From Candidatus Omnitrophota bacterium (GTDB taxonomy: Bacteria; Omnitrophota; Gorgyraeia; Gorgyraeales; Gorgyraeaceae): 64,000 bases of DNA. Position 1 is the first letter of the stretch. The number at the start of each line of letters is the position of its first letter. Positions 38,347 to 48,418 of this stretch are shown in pieces. The position numbers and the translations under genes were made by a program. Under the pieces are notes generated by a model. The model worked only from the letters and a program-made list of their open reading frames with translations. It was not told the origin of the DNA and ran no database searches. Where the stretch lies: assembly GCA_030649895.1 (NCBI GenBank), contig JAUSEX010000030.1, positions 592 to 64,591 on the forward strand, given 5' to 3'.

Positions 38347-39099
38347 TTATCCAACGAAAACCAATAAAGCCATTATGCCGATACCCAACATGATTGCGAC
38401 AAGCTGCATTAACGACGTGGAAATCTTTACGTGGTCTTCCTTGTGAAGTTCGGGTATTAAATCAGACCCGCCTATATATAAAAACCCGCCTGCTGTTACA
38501 GGCAATAGATATGTAGCGAAGCCTTTCATCCTGGATTCCAGGGTAAGGGCTATTATTGCGCCGACTACAGCTGTAAGCGCTGAAATAAAATTTAAAAATA
38601 ACGCCTTTTTTATAGACAAGCCGCTATAAACCAGTATTCCGAAATCTCCTATCTCCTGCGGGATCTCATGAAGTATTACGGCAAGGGTGGTTGCAATGCC
38701 CATTGGAACAGACACGGCAAAACTGCCTGCCACTATCATACCATCCAGCATATTATGCACGCCGTCTCCTATTACATTCAGCATGACTACGGGATGGACA
38801 TGTTCTTTGGAAGTAGGTACATGGCAATGCCTCCAGCGTATGAATTTTTCAAGGATAAAAAAAATAAAAAAACCTAACAGGACATATAGCGAGGTTTTAA
38901 TATTTATTCCCAGGGCTTCAAATGACTGAGGCAGAAGGTGTATAAAAGCGTCGCCGAATAATCCGCCCACTGCAAAACTCACCATAAATAAGAGCATCGC
39001 CCTGAGCCTTGTCTTATTCAGCGAAAGCGTGGCTACGCCTATAAGAGAAATCAGGCTTATTACAATAACGCTCCCTATTGCCCAAGCCCAAACTTTCAT
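38347..39099 (-). CDS. zupT: ZIP-family metal (Zn/Fe) transporter (ZupT-like)
   Basis: HNxxDG and HEIPQEIGDF signature motifs. Start chosen at 39099. Confidence 0.75.
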   Translation of the reverse strand: MKVWAWAIGSVIVISLISLIGVATLSLNKTRLRAMLLFMVSFAVGGLFGDAFIHLLPQSFEALGINIKTSLYVLLGFFIFFILEKFIRWRHCHVPTSKEHVHPVVMLNVIGDGVHNMLDGMIVAGSFAVSVPMGIATTLAVILHEIPQEIGDFGILVYSGLSIKKALFLNFISALTAVVGAIIALTLESRMKGFATYLLPVTAGGFLYIGGSDLIPELHKEDHVKISTSLMQLVAIMLGIGIMALLVFVG

Positions 39100-39100
39100 A

Positions 39101-40015
39101 TTATCCTTTTCCGAGAAAGTGCTGGCAGGCAAACGCCGCAGTAGCTCCGTCTCCACAGGCAGTTACCACCTGCCTTAGCAGCTTTTTGCGGCAGTCGCCG
39201 CACGCAAATACGCCTGGTTTTAGAGTTAGGCAATTATCGTCTGTAATTATATATCCGCTTTCGTCCAGCGGCAGCGCATCCTTCAAAAAACCGGTATTTG
39301 GAGCATACCCTACAAATATAAAAACGCCATCGCATAAAACTTCTGTTTCTACGCCGGTTTTTACATTTTTTACTTTTACAGACGCAACCTTGGCAGGGCC
39401 TGTAATCTCAGAGATAATCGCATCCCATACAAATTCTATTTTTTTATTGTTAAACGCCCTTTCCTGCAAGATCTTTGTCCCGCGCAAAGCGTTTCTTCTA
39501 TGTATAACAGTGACTTTTTTCGCAAATCTCGTTAGAAAAATCGCTTCCTCAAGCGCGGTATCGCCTCCGCCCGCTACCACCACTTCTTTATTTTTAAATA
39601 ATGCGCCGTCGCAGGTAGCGCAGTACGATACGCCCTTGCCTCTAAATTTATCCTCGCCTGGCACCCCTAATCGCTTAGGCCTTGCCCCGCTCGCGATAAT
39701 CACGGCCCTGCCGGAATAAGTTTTATCATCTGTCTCTATCAGCCAGAAGGGCCTATTTTCTTTGATGCCCTTTACCTCGTTTATAATAAATTCCGTTCCG
39801 AATTTTTCAGCCTGCTTCTTAAACTTCTCTATCAATTCAAATCCATTGACACCATCGGGAAATCCCGGGTAATTTTCAATCTGGTCTGTGGTAACAGCCT
39901 GGCACGCTACGGAATAGCTCTCTATAAGGAGCGTATTCAGCCCTGCCCTTGAAGTGTATATCCCGGCGGTAAGGCCTGCCGGCCCTCCGCCTATAATAAT
40001 GACATCGTAGTCCAT
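39101..40015 (-). CDS. trxB: Thioredoxin-disulfide reductase, copy 2
   Basis: GGGPAG FAD motif and canonical CATCDG redox centre. Confidence 0.8.
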   Translation of the reverse strand: MDYDVIIIGGGPAGLTAGIYTSRAGLNTLLIESYSVACQAVTTDQIENYPGFPDGVNGFELIEKFKKQAEKFGTEFIINEVKGIKENRPFWLIETDDKTYSGRAVIIASGARPKRLGVPGEDKFRGKGVSYCATCDGALFKNKEVVVAGGGDTALEEAIFLTRFAKKVTVIHRRNALRGTKILQERAFNNKKIEFVWDAIISEITGPAKVASVKVKNVKTGVETEVLCDGVFIFVGYAPNTGFLKDALPLDESGYIITDDNCLTLKPGVFACGDCRKKLLRQVVTACGDGATAAFACQHFLGKG

Positions 40016-40073
40016 AGTATTATTTATTATACCAAATTTCAGACTGGTTTAGGAGAAATATCTTTATTCTTTC

Positions 40074-41033
40074 TTAACTCAATATTTTTTGCAACGCGTT
40101 AAATAGATACCCTATAAGAATAATAGCCAAAGTTGTTACGCTGAAAAAAATCGCTATTAATTTCAGCTTCATCGCCCTTCTTAACATGATTGCCTCAGGC
40201 AAGCTTAGCGCCGCTACAGCCATCATAAACGACAAGGCAGTGCCAAGAGGAAAACCCTTTTGGAACAAAACAATCGCGATAGGTAAGATCGCAGCGCAGC
40301 TCCCATACATGGGAACGCCTAGAAGCGCAGCGATAGGTACGGAAAATATGCCTGCCTTGCTAATTATCGCCTGGACCGCTTCCTGCGGGACATAATTATG
40401 AATCAGGGCTCCAAGCCCAACTCCGATCAATATCCAGATCCAGAGTTTGCGCACGATGCTGATCGATTCCTGAACCCCGAAAAGCACCCTCTGCCTGATA
40501 CCTTTATATTTTATCTCTGATATATCCTGCGAATTTTCAGCTGCAATGTCTTTTTCAAGATATTTTTCCAATTTCATCCTGCCAAGGATAACCCCTGAAA
40601 TAATACCGATGGCCATACCGCTTATTACATAAGCCAGCGTAATCTTCCAGCCGAAAAACCCTAGCATTAAAACTACCAGATATTCGTTAACCAGCGGAGA
40701 CGTAATAAGAAACGAAAAGGTTACGCCCAGTGGTATCCCGGCTTTAAGAAAACTTATAAAAATCGGTATTGAAGAACATGAGCAAAATGGCGTAATTGCC
40801 CCGAAAAGCGACGCAAAGAAGTTGCCCCAGCCCCTGGTTCCGGCGATCCAGGCTTTGATTTTCCGCTGCGAAATAAAACTCCTCAAAAATCCTATCATTG
40901 CTATCAACGCGAACAAAAGCAGCATGATCTTAACAGAATCGTAAATAAAAAAGTTTACACTCAATCCCAACTTAGAACCAGAATCAAGCTTTAAAACAGA
41001 GTACGTCAACCAATCAATAATCAACTGCAGCAT
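40074..41033 (-). CDS. arsP: DUF318 permease, ArsP-like
   Basis: TPFCSCSSIP motif characteristic of ArsP-type organoarsenical efflux permeases. About 8 TM helices. Confidence 0.55.
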   Translation of the reverse strand: MLQLIIDWLTYSVLKLDSGSKLGLSVNFFIYDSVKIMLLLFALIAMIGFLRSFISQRKIKAWIAGTRGWGNFFASLFGAITPFCSCSSIPIFISFLKAGIPLGVTFSFLITSPLVNEYLVVLMLGFFGWKITLAYVISGMAIGIISGVILGRMKLEKYLEKDIAAENSQDISEIKYKGIRQRVLFGVQESISIVRKLWIWILIGVGLGALIHNYVPQEAVQAIISKAGIFSVPIAALLGVPMYGSCAAILPIAIVLFQKGFPLGTALSFMMAVAALSLPEAIMLRRAMKLKLIAIFFSVTTLAIILIGYLFNALQKILS

Positions 41034-41173
41034 GATTTATCCCCAGGCTTACTATTATTACAGCAGCTCTTGCTGTTCTTTGCCTTTTCTTCTATTTTCT
41101 TATCTAACTTATCGAATAATATCGCGAAGAAAGATTTCTTACTGCTTTTTTTTGCGTTATTATTGTCCTTCAT
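41031..41173 (-). CDS. Small Lys-rich peptide with two CC pairs (about 50 aa), coupled to the ArsP-like permease
   Basis: MKDNNNAKKSSKK…SKSCCNNSKPGDKSCCS. Its stop overlaps the permease ATG. Below the ORF-track cutoff. Confidence 0.25.
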
Positions 41174-41205
41174 GAATCCCCTCCTTTTTTTATACAGTCA
41201 TGGCC

Positions 41206-41511
41206 TTATGTATTTTTTCCGCTTCCTACCCTGCAACAGCCCCCTTCAATATGTATAGCCTTGATACTCACCAGGGCGTCCGCTATCTTTTTATGCGCTG
41301 AACTTAAAATCCTGGAGAACGTAGGCCTGGATATCTTCATCAGTTTCGCGGCATCAACATGCTTCAATTCTTCCAGGCAGGCAAGCCTGACCGCCTCAAA
41401 TTCATCAAGAGTCACATGAACACCTTTCAATCTTTTCAGGGGCTTGCATGACGGCCTGAAACATCTTTCCCCGGGAACGCATTTTACCCATCTCGTCTTT
41501 TTAGGCCTCAA
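41206..41511 (-). CDS. DUF134/UPF0251 DNA-binding protein (sigma-70 region-4-like HTH)
   Basis: MRPKKTRWV…PTFSRIL…IEGG conserved pattern of the family. Confidence 0.6.
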   Translation of the reverse strand: MRPKKTRWVKCVPGERCFRPSCKPLKRLKGVHVTLDEFEAVRLACLEELKHVDAAKLMKISRPTFSRILSSAHKKIADALVSIKAIHIEGGCCRVGSGKNT

Positions 41512-41589
41512 AAAGTAGCCCCCTTAGTTATGAACGTATGCTCATAACAGTTTAGCATACCAGGTGCAGCTGTCTACTAAATTTTTATA

Positions 41590-42240
41590 CTATTGAATTC
41601 TCGGGCCGAATATGCCTGCGCCTATCCTGACAAGGCTTGCGCCTTCCTGAATAGCAATATGGTAGGAATCGCTCATGCCCATGGAAAGGTATTTTATGTC
41701 GTAGTTTATCTTTATTCTATCGAAAAGCTGCCTAGCGGCTTTGAAATACTGCCTGTAATCTTCCGGGTTTTCAAAAAAAGGGCCCATTGTCATGAGGCCT
41801 ACGGGTTTTATATTTTTAAATCCTGACATATCTTTTATGAGGTTTTCTGTGTCTTCCGGCAGGACGCCTGATTTATTTTCTTCTTTTCCCGAATTGACTT
41901 CTATTAATACAGGCATTACTTTTTTTATCTCAGCGCAAGCCTTATCTATCGCCGCAGCTATCTCAACCGAATCAATTGTCTCTATCATGTCAAAAATCCT
42001 GACCGCCTTTTTGACTTTATTCTTCTGGAGATGGCCTATAAAATGCCATTTTACTTTTGAGCCTATTGCCCTGAACTTTTCTTCCGCCTCCCGCGTATAA
42101 TTTTCGCCTACTATTTTTACGCCGCCCTCTATCGCCTCTAAAATCTCTTCTACGCTCCTGGATTTAGTTGCGGCTACAAGCTCTACGTGGCCAGGAAGAC
42201 TGGTTAATATATCCCGAATATTATCTCTTATCCTTGCCAT
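41590..42240 (-). CDS. yggS: YggS-family PLP-binding protein
   Basis: LVAATKSRSVEEI… and a TIM-barrel alanine-racemase N-domain-like pattern. Confidence 0.7.
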   Translation of the reverse strand: MARIRDNIRDILTSLPGHVELVAATKSRSVEEILEAIEGGVKIVGENYTREAEEKFRAIGSKVKWHFIGHLQKNKVKKAVRIFDMIETIDSVEIAAAIDKACAEIKKVMPVLIEVNSGKEENKSGVLPEDTENLIKDMSGFKNIKPVGLMTMGPFFENPEDYRQYFKAARQLFDRIKINYDIKYLSMGMSDSYHIAIQEGASLVRIGAGIFGPRIQ

Positions 42241-43000
42241 GCCTTCTATCAGCATCCTCTTTATCCATGGCCTTTACTGGTTTTTTCTTGGCCCAATAGA
42301 CATAGTTCACGGACATGCCCTTAAAGTATCTCCTTATAATATCCATCTCAGGCTTTGGAAGAGACTTTTCGGCGCATTCCCTCAAAGGCGTGTTTATCTG
42401 GACTTCTTTTATGCCGAGCTTTTGCGCCATCTTGACTATCTCTTTTGCGTAAGTCTTATTTTTCCCGACAAACATAATCTGAAGCGCAAGTCTTCCTTTG
42501 TAGATTTCGCTGAATCTTTTTATGCCTTTTACCACATCTCCGAATCTTATGCCCGGGTCAGGCCTGTTGATCTCCCTGAAAAGGTCTTCTGCGTTGGCGT
42601 CGAGCTTCAGCAGGACGAAGTCCGCCAGCAAAAGGTCATCTTGCACGTCGCTTTTATTTATCAAGGACGCGTTGGTTATAACGGCAATCTTTTCTTTTCT
42701 TATTTTTCTGATGCGCTTTATCATGTCGCCCAGATTCCTGGCCAGGGTAGGCTCTCCGTTCCCTGAAAAGGTAATATAGTCCATCTTTGCGTTTTTAGGC
42801 AGGGCTGCGATTTCCTTAGCGACAGCTTCTGTAGAAATAAAAACTTTTCTTCCGGAATTAAAAAGCTTGGTCTCCCCTATCTGGCAATAGGAGCAGTCAA
42901 ACGTGCAGATCTTATCTGTCTGCGATAAGGGATCCACACCCAAAGACCTTCCGAGTCTCCAGGAATATACGGGCCCGTAAATATACTTGAATTTTTTCAT
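42221..43000 (-). CDS. Radical SAM protein of unassigned subfamily
   Basis: CTFDCSYCQ CxxxCxxC motif preceded by GPVYSWRLGRSLG. Confidence 0.5.
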   Translation of the reverse strand: MKKFKYIYGPVYSWRLGRSLGVDPLSQTDKICTFDCSYCQIGETKLFNSGRKVFISTEAVAKEIAALPKNAKMDYITFSGNGEPTLARNLGDMIKRIRKIRKEKIAVITNASLINKSDVQDDLLLADFVLLKLDANAEDLFREINRPDPGIRFGDVVKGIKRFSEIYKGRLALQIMFVGKNKTYAKEIVKMAQKLGIKEVQINTPLRECAEKSLPKPEMDIIRRYFKGMSVNYVYWAKKKPVKAMDKEDADRRHGKDKR

Positions 43001-43031
43001 ACTTTCTATTATAACATACTAGGAGGCAAAT

Positions 43032-43583
43032 ATGTCGAAAAAAGCCATTATATTAATTGCGACAGGTTTTGAAGAAATAGAAGCGGTAATCGCGATAGAC
43101 ATCTTAAGAAGAGCGGGGATCGCTGTCACCGTTGCCGGACTTGACAGTATCAGTGTCGCTGGCTCGCACGGGATAACAATAGCCGCGGATAAAAAATTAA
43201 GCGACGCAGGGGATGATTTTGACGCTGTAATTCTCCCGGGAGGGATGCCCGGGGCGCTCCATCTTCATAATTCAAGCGAGGTAAACGATTTTATTAAAAA
43301 CATGAACGCCAAAGGGGTTTTAATTGCAGGCATATGCGCAGCTCCTAGCGTGGTCATGGCGCCGATAGGCCTGTTGGACAATAAGGCAGCCACGTGTTAT
43401 CCCGGAAACCAGATCGATTTCGCTAAGTGCGTAAAATACAAAAACAAAGCTGTTGTAGCGGACGGAAATATTATAACAAGCCAGGGGCCAGGCACTGCGA
43501 TGGAATTCGCTTTTACAATAGTTGAAAAAATTATAGGTAAGGCTGCCGTAAAAAAATTAAGGAAGCATACGCTTGCGGATTAA
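43032..43583 (+). CDS. DJ-1/PfpI family protein
   Basis: Class I glutamine-amidotransferase-like fold with the nucleophile elbow AICAAP. Confidence 0.7.
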   Translation: MSKKAIILIATGFEEIEAVIAIDILRRAGIAVTVAGLDSISVAGSHGITIAADKKLSDAGDDFDAVILPGGMPGALHLHNSSEVNDFIKNMNAKGVLIAGICAAPSVVMAPIGLLDNKAATCYPGNQIDFAKCVKYKNKAVVADGNIITSQGPGTAMEFAFTIVEKIIGKAAVKKLRKHTLAD

Positions 43584-44809
43584 CCGCCTCCGGCGGCCCA
43601 GCCTGTTGAAAAAGCCGCCTGCAGATTATATCCGCCAGTCCTGCCGTCTATATCAATGACTTCGCCTGCGAAATAAAGGCCTTTTACAATCTTGGATTCC
43701 ATGGTTTTAGGGTCTATTTCTTTCACTGATATCCCGCCGCAGGTAACCATTGCCTCCCGTATCGGCTTCACAGCCTCCACAATCAGCTTAAAGCCTTTTA
43801 ATTTTTCTAAAATAACGCTTTTTTCCTCTTTTGAAACCTGGGCCAATCTTTTATCTTTTTCCACAGGCACAGCTTCTAAGATCCTTTTTACAAGCCTGGC
43901 GGGAACGAACTCCTTAAGGGCATTGCTTATTTTCTTGGCTGGGTTATTTTTGAATTCCTCCTGAAAAGCTAACCCCAGTTCATGATGATTCAGGTTTGGC
44001 TTAAAATCTATCGAGAGAAAAACTTCTTTTCCGGAATCCAGCGTATCGTACACTATATGGCTCATGTGAAGCATGACCGGGCCCGATATTCCGAAATGCG
44101 TAAATATCATCTCCCCTCTGTCTTTATGAATAAGTCTGTCATCGGCGTAAACGCTGATCTCGGCGTCTTCAAACGACACGCCCTGCCACTCTTTTAAAAA
44201 ATTATTCTTTAATATAATTCCCGTAAGGCCGGGCTTTGGTTTTATAACAGTGTGGCCTAATTTTTTTGCTATATGAAAACCAAAACCCGTTGAGCCTGTC
44301 TGGGGATAAGATAAACCACCCGTTGCGAGGATTATTTTCTTTGCGTTGTATGCGGAATTATCTTTCGTTGGGATCTCAAAAACATCGCCCTGTTTTATTA
44401 TATCCGAAACCTCTTTTCTGTATAAGATCTGACACCCTGAATCTTTGACATATTTTACGAGTATGCGAAGTACATCCCCTGCCCTGTCTGTTACCGGAAA
44501 AACCTTTCCATTGTTCTCTACCTTAAAATCAAGGCCTCTTTTCCTGAAAAACCTCAAAAGCTCCTTATTGAAAAATACGCTGAATACGTTTCGCAGAAAT
44601 TTTCCGGATTCTGAAAAATTATTTATAAAATCTTCCAAGTTTTCGCAGCTATTTGTAATATTGCATCTGGTGTTTCCTGATAATAGGAGTTTTTTGCCTG
44701 AGGAATCTGTTTTTTCCAAGAGGAGGGTCTTATTGCCGAGTTCTGCTGAGCGGCCAGCTGCCATCATTCCGGCAGGGCCAGCGCCTATAACTATTACGTC
44801 AAACATCAC
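43580..44809 (-). CDS. HI0933/BaiN-like FAD-dependent oxidoreductase
   Basis: N-terminal DVIVIGAGPAGMMAAG and C-terminal GGYNLQAAFSTGWAAG signatures. Confidence 0.7.
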   Translation of the reverse strand: MMFDVIVIGAGPAGMMAAGRSAELGNKTLLLEKTDSSGKKLLLSGNTRCNITNSCENLEDFINNFSESGKFLRNVFSVFFNKELLRFFRKRGLDFKVENNGKVFPVTDRAGDVLRILVKYVKDSGCQILYRKEVSDIIKQGDVFEIPTKDNSAYNAKKIILATGGLSYPQTGSTGFGFHIAKKLGHTVIKPKPGLTGIILKNNFLKEWQGVSFEDAEISVYADDRLIHKDRGEMIFTHFGISGPVMLHMSHIVYDTLDSGKEVFLSIDFKPNLNHHELGLAFQEEFKNNPAKKISNALKEFVPARLVKRILEAVPVEKDKRLAQVSKEEKSVILEKLKGFKLIVEAVKPIREAMVTCGGISVKEIDPKTMESKIVKGLYFAGEVIDIDGRTGGYNLQAAFSTGWAAGGG

Positions 44810-45393
44810 GCCCTGATTTCTTTTAGAATACTGACGCCTAATTTTTTAAACATCTCTTTTAGTTTAGCCATGGGGAGGCCTAGCACATTAAAATAAGAGC
44901 CTTGTATGTCATCAAAGATAAACGAGCCTGCACCTTCTATTGAGAATCCGCCCGCCTTGTCGTATGGCCCAAGCAATTTAAAATATTCCGGGATTTCTCT
45001 GTTCTTAAGCTTTTTTACAGTCACCAGGGATTTTTCATAATCTGAAATCAAGTTTTCTTTTTTAACGTCTACTAAGCAGAGGCCTGTATAGACCGCTATA
45101 GTCTTGCCTGACATTTCTTTCAACATTTTTTTAGCGTGGCTCGCGTTTTCAGGCTTACCGATTACTTTACCGCCTAATAACACCACTGTATCCGCGCCTA
45201 TCACATACCCGGATTTAAACCTTTTAGCGACTGTTTCAGCCTTTATGCGGGCGTTTATCATAGCAACCTGCTCAGGCAACTTACTCACAGTCATATATTC
45301 TACGGCGTTACTCGCAACCACCTTATGCCTGATGCCGCACGAAGCAAGTATCTCCCGTCTTCTTTTTGAGCTGGACGCTAATATAATACTCAT
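44806..45393 (-). CDS. maf: Maf-like nucleoside triphosphate pyrophosphatase
   Basis: ILASSSKRRREIL N-terminus. About 195 aa. Confidence 0.75.
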   Translation of the reverse strand: MSIILASSSKRRREILASCGIRHKVVASNAVEYMTVSKLPEQVAMINARIKAETVAKRFKSGYVIGADTVVLLGGKVIGKPENASHAKKMLKEMSGKTIAVYTGLCLVDVKKENLISDYEKSLVTVKKLKNREIPEYFKLLGPYDKAGGFSIEGAGSFIFDDIQGSYFNVLGLPMAKLKEMFKKLGVSILKEIRA

Positions 45394-46847
45394 GGCTTAA
45401 AAAGGAAGTTTTTGAAGGCCCACGGGTTTTTATTGTCAAGGTACGCGTCAGGATTTTCTTTGAAAAATACCTGATAGTTTTTAAAAGGCGTCCAGTCCGA
45501 AGGCTCTGAAATAAATTTTCCAAGATATGGCTTTGCGATCTTAAGTATGTATTCGTAAGGAAGTTCGTCCGGCTCAAGCACTCCCTGATCAGGATTTTCT
45601 ATAGCCCACATAATCCCTGACACAACCCCTATTGCAACCTGCATAGTAGTTGCGTTCTGATGCTTTACCAGCTTTCTGGAGTCGTTTATAGTCAAAATGC
45701 TTCCTGTCCACCAGGAGTTGTAACGATGGCCCATGATAAGCGCGCCCAGCGTATCCGAGCCATTAATTATCTCATCATTCATAATCCTTGTCTTCGGCTG
45801 TAATTCGTAATTCCTGCACCTAAGCTCATGAATAGACGACATGGTATCGTTGGATGGCATATACGCGTAATGAACGGTAGGCCTGTAGATAGCCCTCCCT
45901 TTCCTCCATATAGTAAGCCTGTCTGAAATTGTAAACGCCTCGGCGTGCCTTACAACCATGCCTACTATCTCGCAGTGAGGCACCCATGACCTCACCCATG
46001 TATTCATCCCCATACGAGAAAGAAATATCTGGTTCCTCGGGCCAACTTCCGGAACATTAGCCAGATCCGGCAATTCATTCTCGTGAGTCCCCCATCCTAT
46101 TTCAGCCGGAGAAGTCGCCTCTTCTCTAAGCCCCTCTATGCTCCATGTCCCTACAAATTCATCAACCTCTTTCGGTTTATCGGTAATCTGCGTATCGCGC
46201 TCGCTGCAATGTATGACCTTTATCCCGAGCTTTGCGCTAAGTTCAGGAAATTTATCCTCTTTCAGAAACCTCTCAATAATTCTCTCGTCTTTTTTCAGCA
46301 CAACTTTGTCTTTCAAAACCCTGCAGGCTATATCCACAATACCTTTTTTCGTAAAATGCGAAATAAGCCCCGGGTTCGCGCCATGATCCAGCACAGCTGT
46401 GGTAGTTTTCTGATCAGTGTTCCATCTGGAGATAAGCCTCCAGATCTCCATCTGCTTGTAATAAAGGGATTTTTCAAAAGGCGTCTTCTTTTCGATATTG
46501 GCGTAAGGATCCCATTCTTCAACCGAGGTGTTGACATAAAGAACTTTATTGTCATGGCACCAGCTTAGCATGCTCACAGAATCCACATTCCACGAAAGAT
46601 CTACGATAAGCCCGCCCGAAGCAACATGCTTAGAGAGGGTCCTGGCTATGTTTACTGGGGTAATTTTTTCCTGAAAATACTTTACGCCTTTATTGACCCA
46701 CGGCATTATCTCTTCGTGTTTATCCGCAAAGTCTATGACAGTAACATTTTTGTAAGGGATATCGATATGCTTCAGGAGAATCGGCAGGGTGCATCTTCCC
46801 ACTGAACCATAGCCTACCATTAAGATTTTATTTTTGAATTTCATCAT
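45390..46847 (-). CDS. Saccharopine-dehydrogenase-fold enzyme, homospermidine-synthase-like, paralog 1
   Basis: N-terminal Rossmann motif VGYGSVGRC. About 485 aa, consistent with bacterial HSS rather than the roughly 400-aa CANSDH. About 50% identical to the neighbouring paralog. Confidence 0.5.
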   Translation of the reverse strand: MMKFKNKILMVGYGSVGRCTLPILLKHIDIPYKNVTVIDFADKHEEIMPWVNKGVKYFQEKITPVNIARTLSKHVASGGLIVDLSWNVDSVSMLSWCHDNKVLYVNTSVEEWDPYANIEKKTPFEKSLYYKQMEIWRLISRWNTDQKTTTAVLDHGANPGLISHFTKKGIVDIACRVLKDKVVLKKDERIIERFLKEDKFPELSAKLGIKVIHCSERDTQITDKPKEVDEFVGTWSIEGLREEATSPAEIGWGTHENELPDLANVPEVGPRNQIFLSRMGMNTWVRSWVPHCEIVGMVVRHAEAFTISDRLTIWRKGRAIYRPTVHYAYMPSNDTMSSIHELRCRNYELQPKTRIMNDEIINGSDTLGALIMGHRYNSWWTGSILTINDSRKLVKHQNATTMQVAIGVVSGIMWAIENPDQGVLEPDELPYEYILKIAKPYLGKFISEPSDWTPFKNYQVFFKENPDAYLDNKNPWAFKNFLFKP

Positions 46848-46970
46848 GACTTATGATTAACAGTTTACAACAATTTTAAATTTAAGTCAAACGTTGTAAA
46901 ATTTTGTTTGATTAAAAAAATATTTTTGATAAAATAAACCTATCGATTTTTTAAAGCTTTGGGAGGCGCG

Positions 46971-48416
46971 ATGAAGTTCGCAGGAAAAATTCTTGTAATA
47001 GGGTGTGGTTCTGTTTCGCAATGCGCAATACCGCTCGTATTAAAAATTATAGATGCCCCGCCGGAAAATATCACCATAATGGATTTTACGGATAACAGGC
47101 CCCGCGTAAAGGACAGCCTGGATAGAGGCGTACGTTACGTGATTGACCGCATTACCCGCGAAAACTATCCGAATCTTCTAAAAAAATACGCAGGCCCGGG
47201 CGATCTCATAATTGATCTGGCGTGGAATATAGACTGTATAGAAATGCTTCAGTGGTGCAGGGATAATAAGGTGCTATACGTAAATACGTCCGTCGAGGTC
47301 TGGGATCCTTACTCAATAGACGCCAAAGACCCGAGAAACCTGACCCTTTATGTCAGGCAGATGGAAATACGCAAGCTCGTTAAAAAATGGGGCGACAACA
47401 ATGGCGCCACAGCTGTCGTAGACCACGGGGCAAACCCCGGGCTTGTGTCTCATTTCACAAAAATCGCCTTAGAAGATATTGCCAAAAAAATTATTTCGGA
47501 CAAATCGAAAGATAAACGCGTAAAAGCATTAAAAGACGCGCTGAATAACAAAAATTATCCTGAACTCGCGAGAAATGCCGGGGTCAAAGTCATACACATA
47601 AGCGAACGCGATACGCAGATTACCGATAAACCGAAAGAGGTTGATGAATTTGTCAACACCTGGAGCATCGAAGGATTTTTTGAGGAAGGCATAGCCCCTG
47701 CGGAGATGGGCTGGGGAACTCATGAAAAAAATATCCCCGAGAAGGCCTGTTTTCACAAGTCTGGCCCTAAAAATCAGATTTGTCTGAAAAGCATGGGCGT
47801 AAACACCTGGGTGCGTTCGTGGGTGCCTGATTGCGAGATAGTGGGAATGGTCATCCGCCACGGCGAAGCGTTTGGGATATCTGACAGGCTCACGGTATGG
47901 AATAATAAAGGAAAAGCTGTTTACCGGCCTACTGTCCATTACGCGTATTGCCCTGCAGACGCTGCTATAATCTCCCTGCATGAGCTCGAGATGAGGCGTT
48001 ACAACCTTCAAGAAAAACAAAGGATAATGAATGACGAGATCATAAAAGGAGAAGACAGGTTAGGGGTCTTGCTTATGGGCCATGATTTTAATTCATGGTG
48101 GATAGGAAGCCTTCTGGACATCGAAGAGGCGAGAAAACTCGTGCCTCATCAGAACGCAACCACGCTACAGGTCGCAATATCAGTAGTGGCTGCTGCCGGA
48201 TGGATGATTGAAAATCCGAATAAAGGCTTTAATCTCCCTGACGACCTGCCGCACGAAGACATAATGAAAATTTCAAGGCCGTACCTCGGGCCCTTTGTTT
48301 CAAAACCAGTTGACTGGACTCCGTTAAAGAACTATGATAATACTTTCAGGACGCTTGGCCTTGAAAAACCAAAGCTTAAAGATGTTTGGCAGTTCACGAC
48401 ATTTTTAATACCTTAG
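46971..48416 (+). CDS. Saccharopine-dehydrogenase-fold enzyme, homospermidine-synthase-like, paralog 2
   Basis: IGCGSVSQC Rossmann motif. Colinear with paralog 1 along its length (ERDTQITDKPKEVDEFV… is shared). ATG at 46971 behind a GGGAGG. Confidence 0.5.
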   Translation: MKFAGKILVIGCGSVSQCAIPLVLKIIDAPPENITIMDFTDNRPRVKDSLDRGVRYVIDRITRENYPNLLKKYAGPGDLIIDLAWNIDCIEMLQWCRDNKVLYVNTSVEVWDPYSIDAKDPRNLTLYVRQMEIRKLVKKWGDNNGATAVVDHGANPGLVSHFTKIALEDIAKKIISDKSKDKRVKALKDALNNKNYPELARNAGVKVIHISERDTQITDKPKEVDEFVNTWSIEGFFEEGIAPAEMGWGTHEKNIPEKACFHKSGPKNQICLKSMGVNTWVRSWVPDCEIVGMVIRHGEAFGISDRLTVWNNKGKAVYRPTVHYAYCPADAAIISLHELEMRRYNLQEKQRIMNDEIIKGEDRLGVLLMGHDFNSWWIGSLLDIEEARKLVPHQNATTLQVAISVVAAAGWMIENPNKGFNLPDDLPHEDIMKISRPYLGPFVSKPVDWTPLKNYDNTFRTLGLEKPKLKDVWQFTTFLIP

Positions 48417-48418
48417 CC

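Noticed and set aside
47529-48020. 163-aa minus-strand ORF within the HSS-like paralog 2
   Set aside because: It is antisense to a CDS that has a paralog alignable along its full length.
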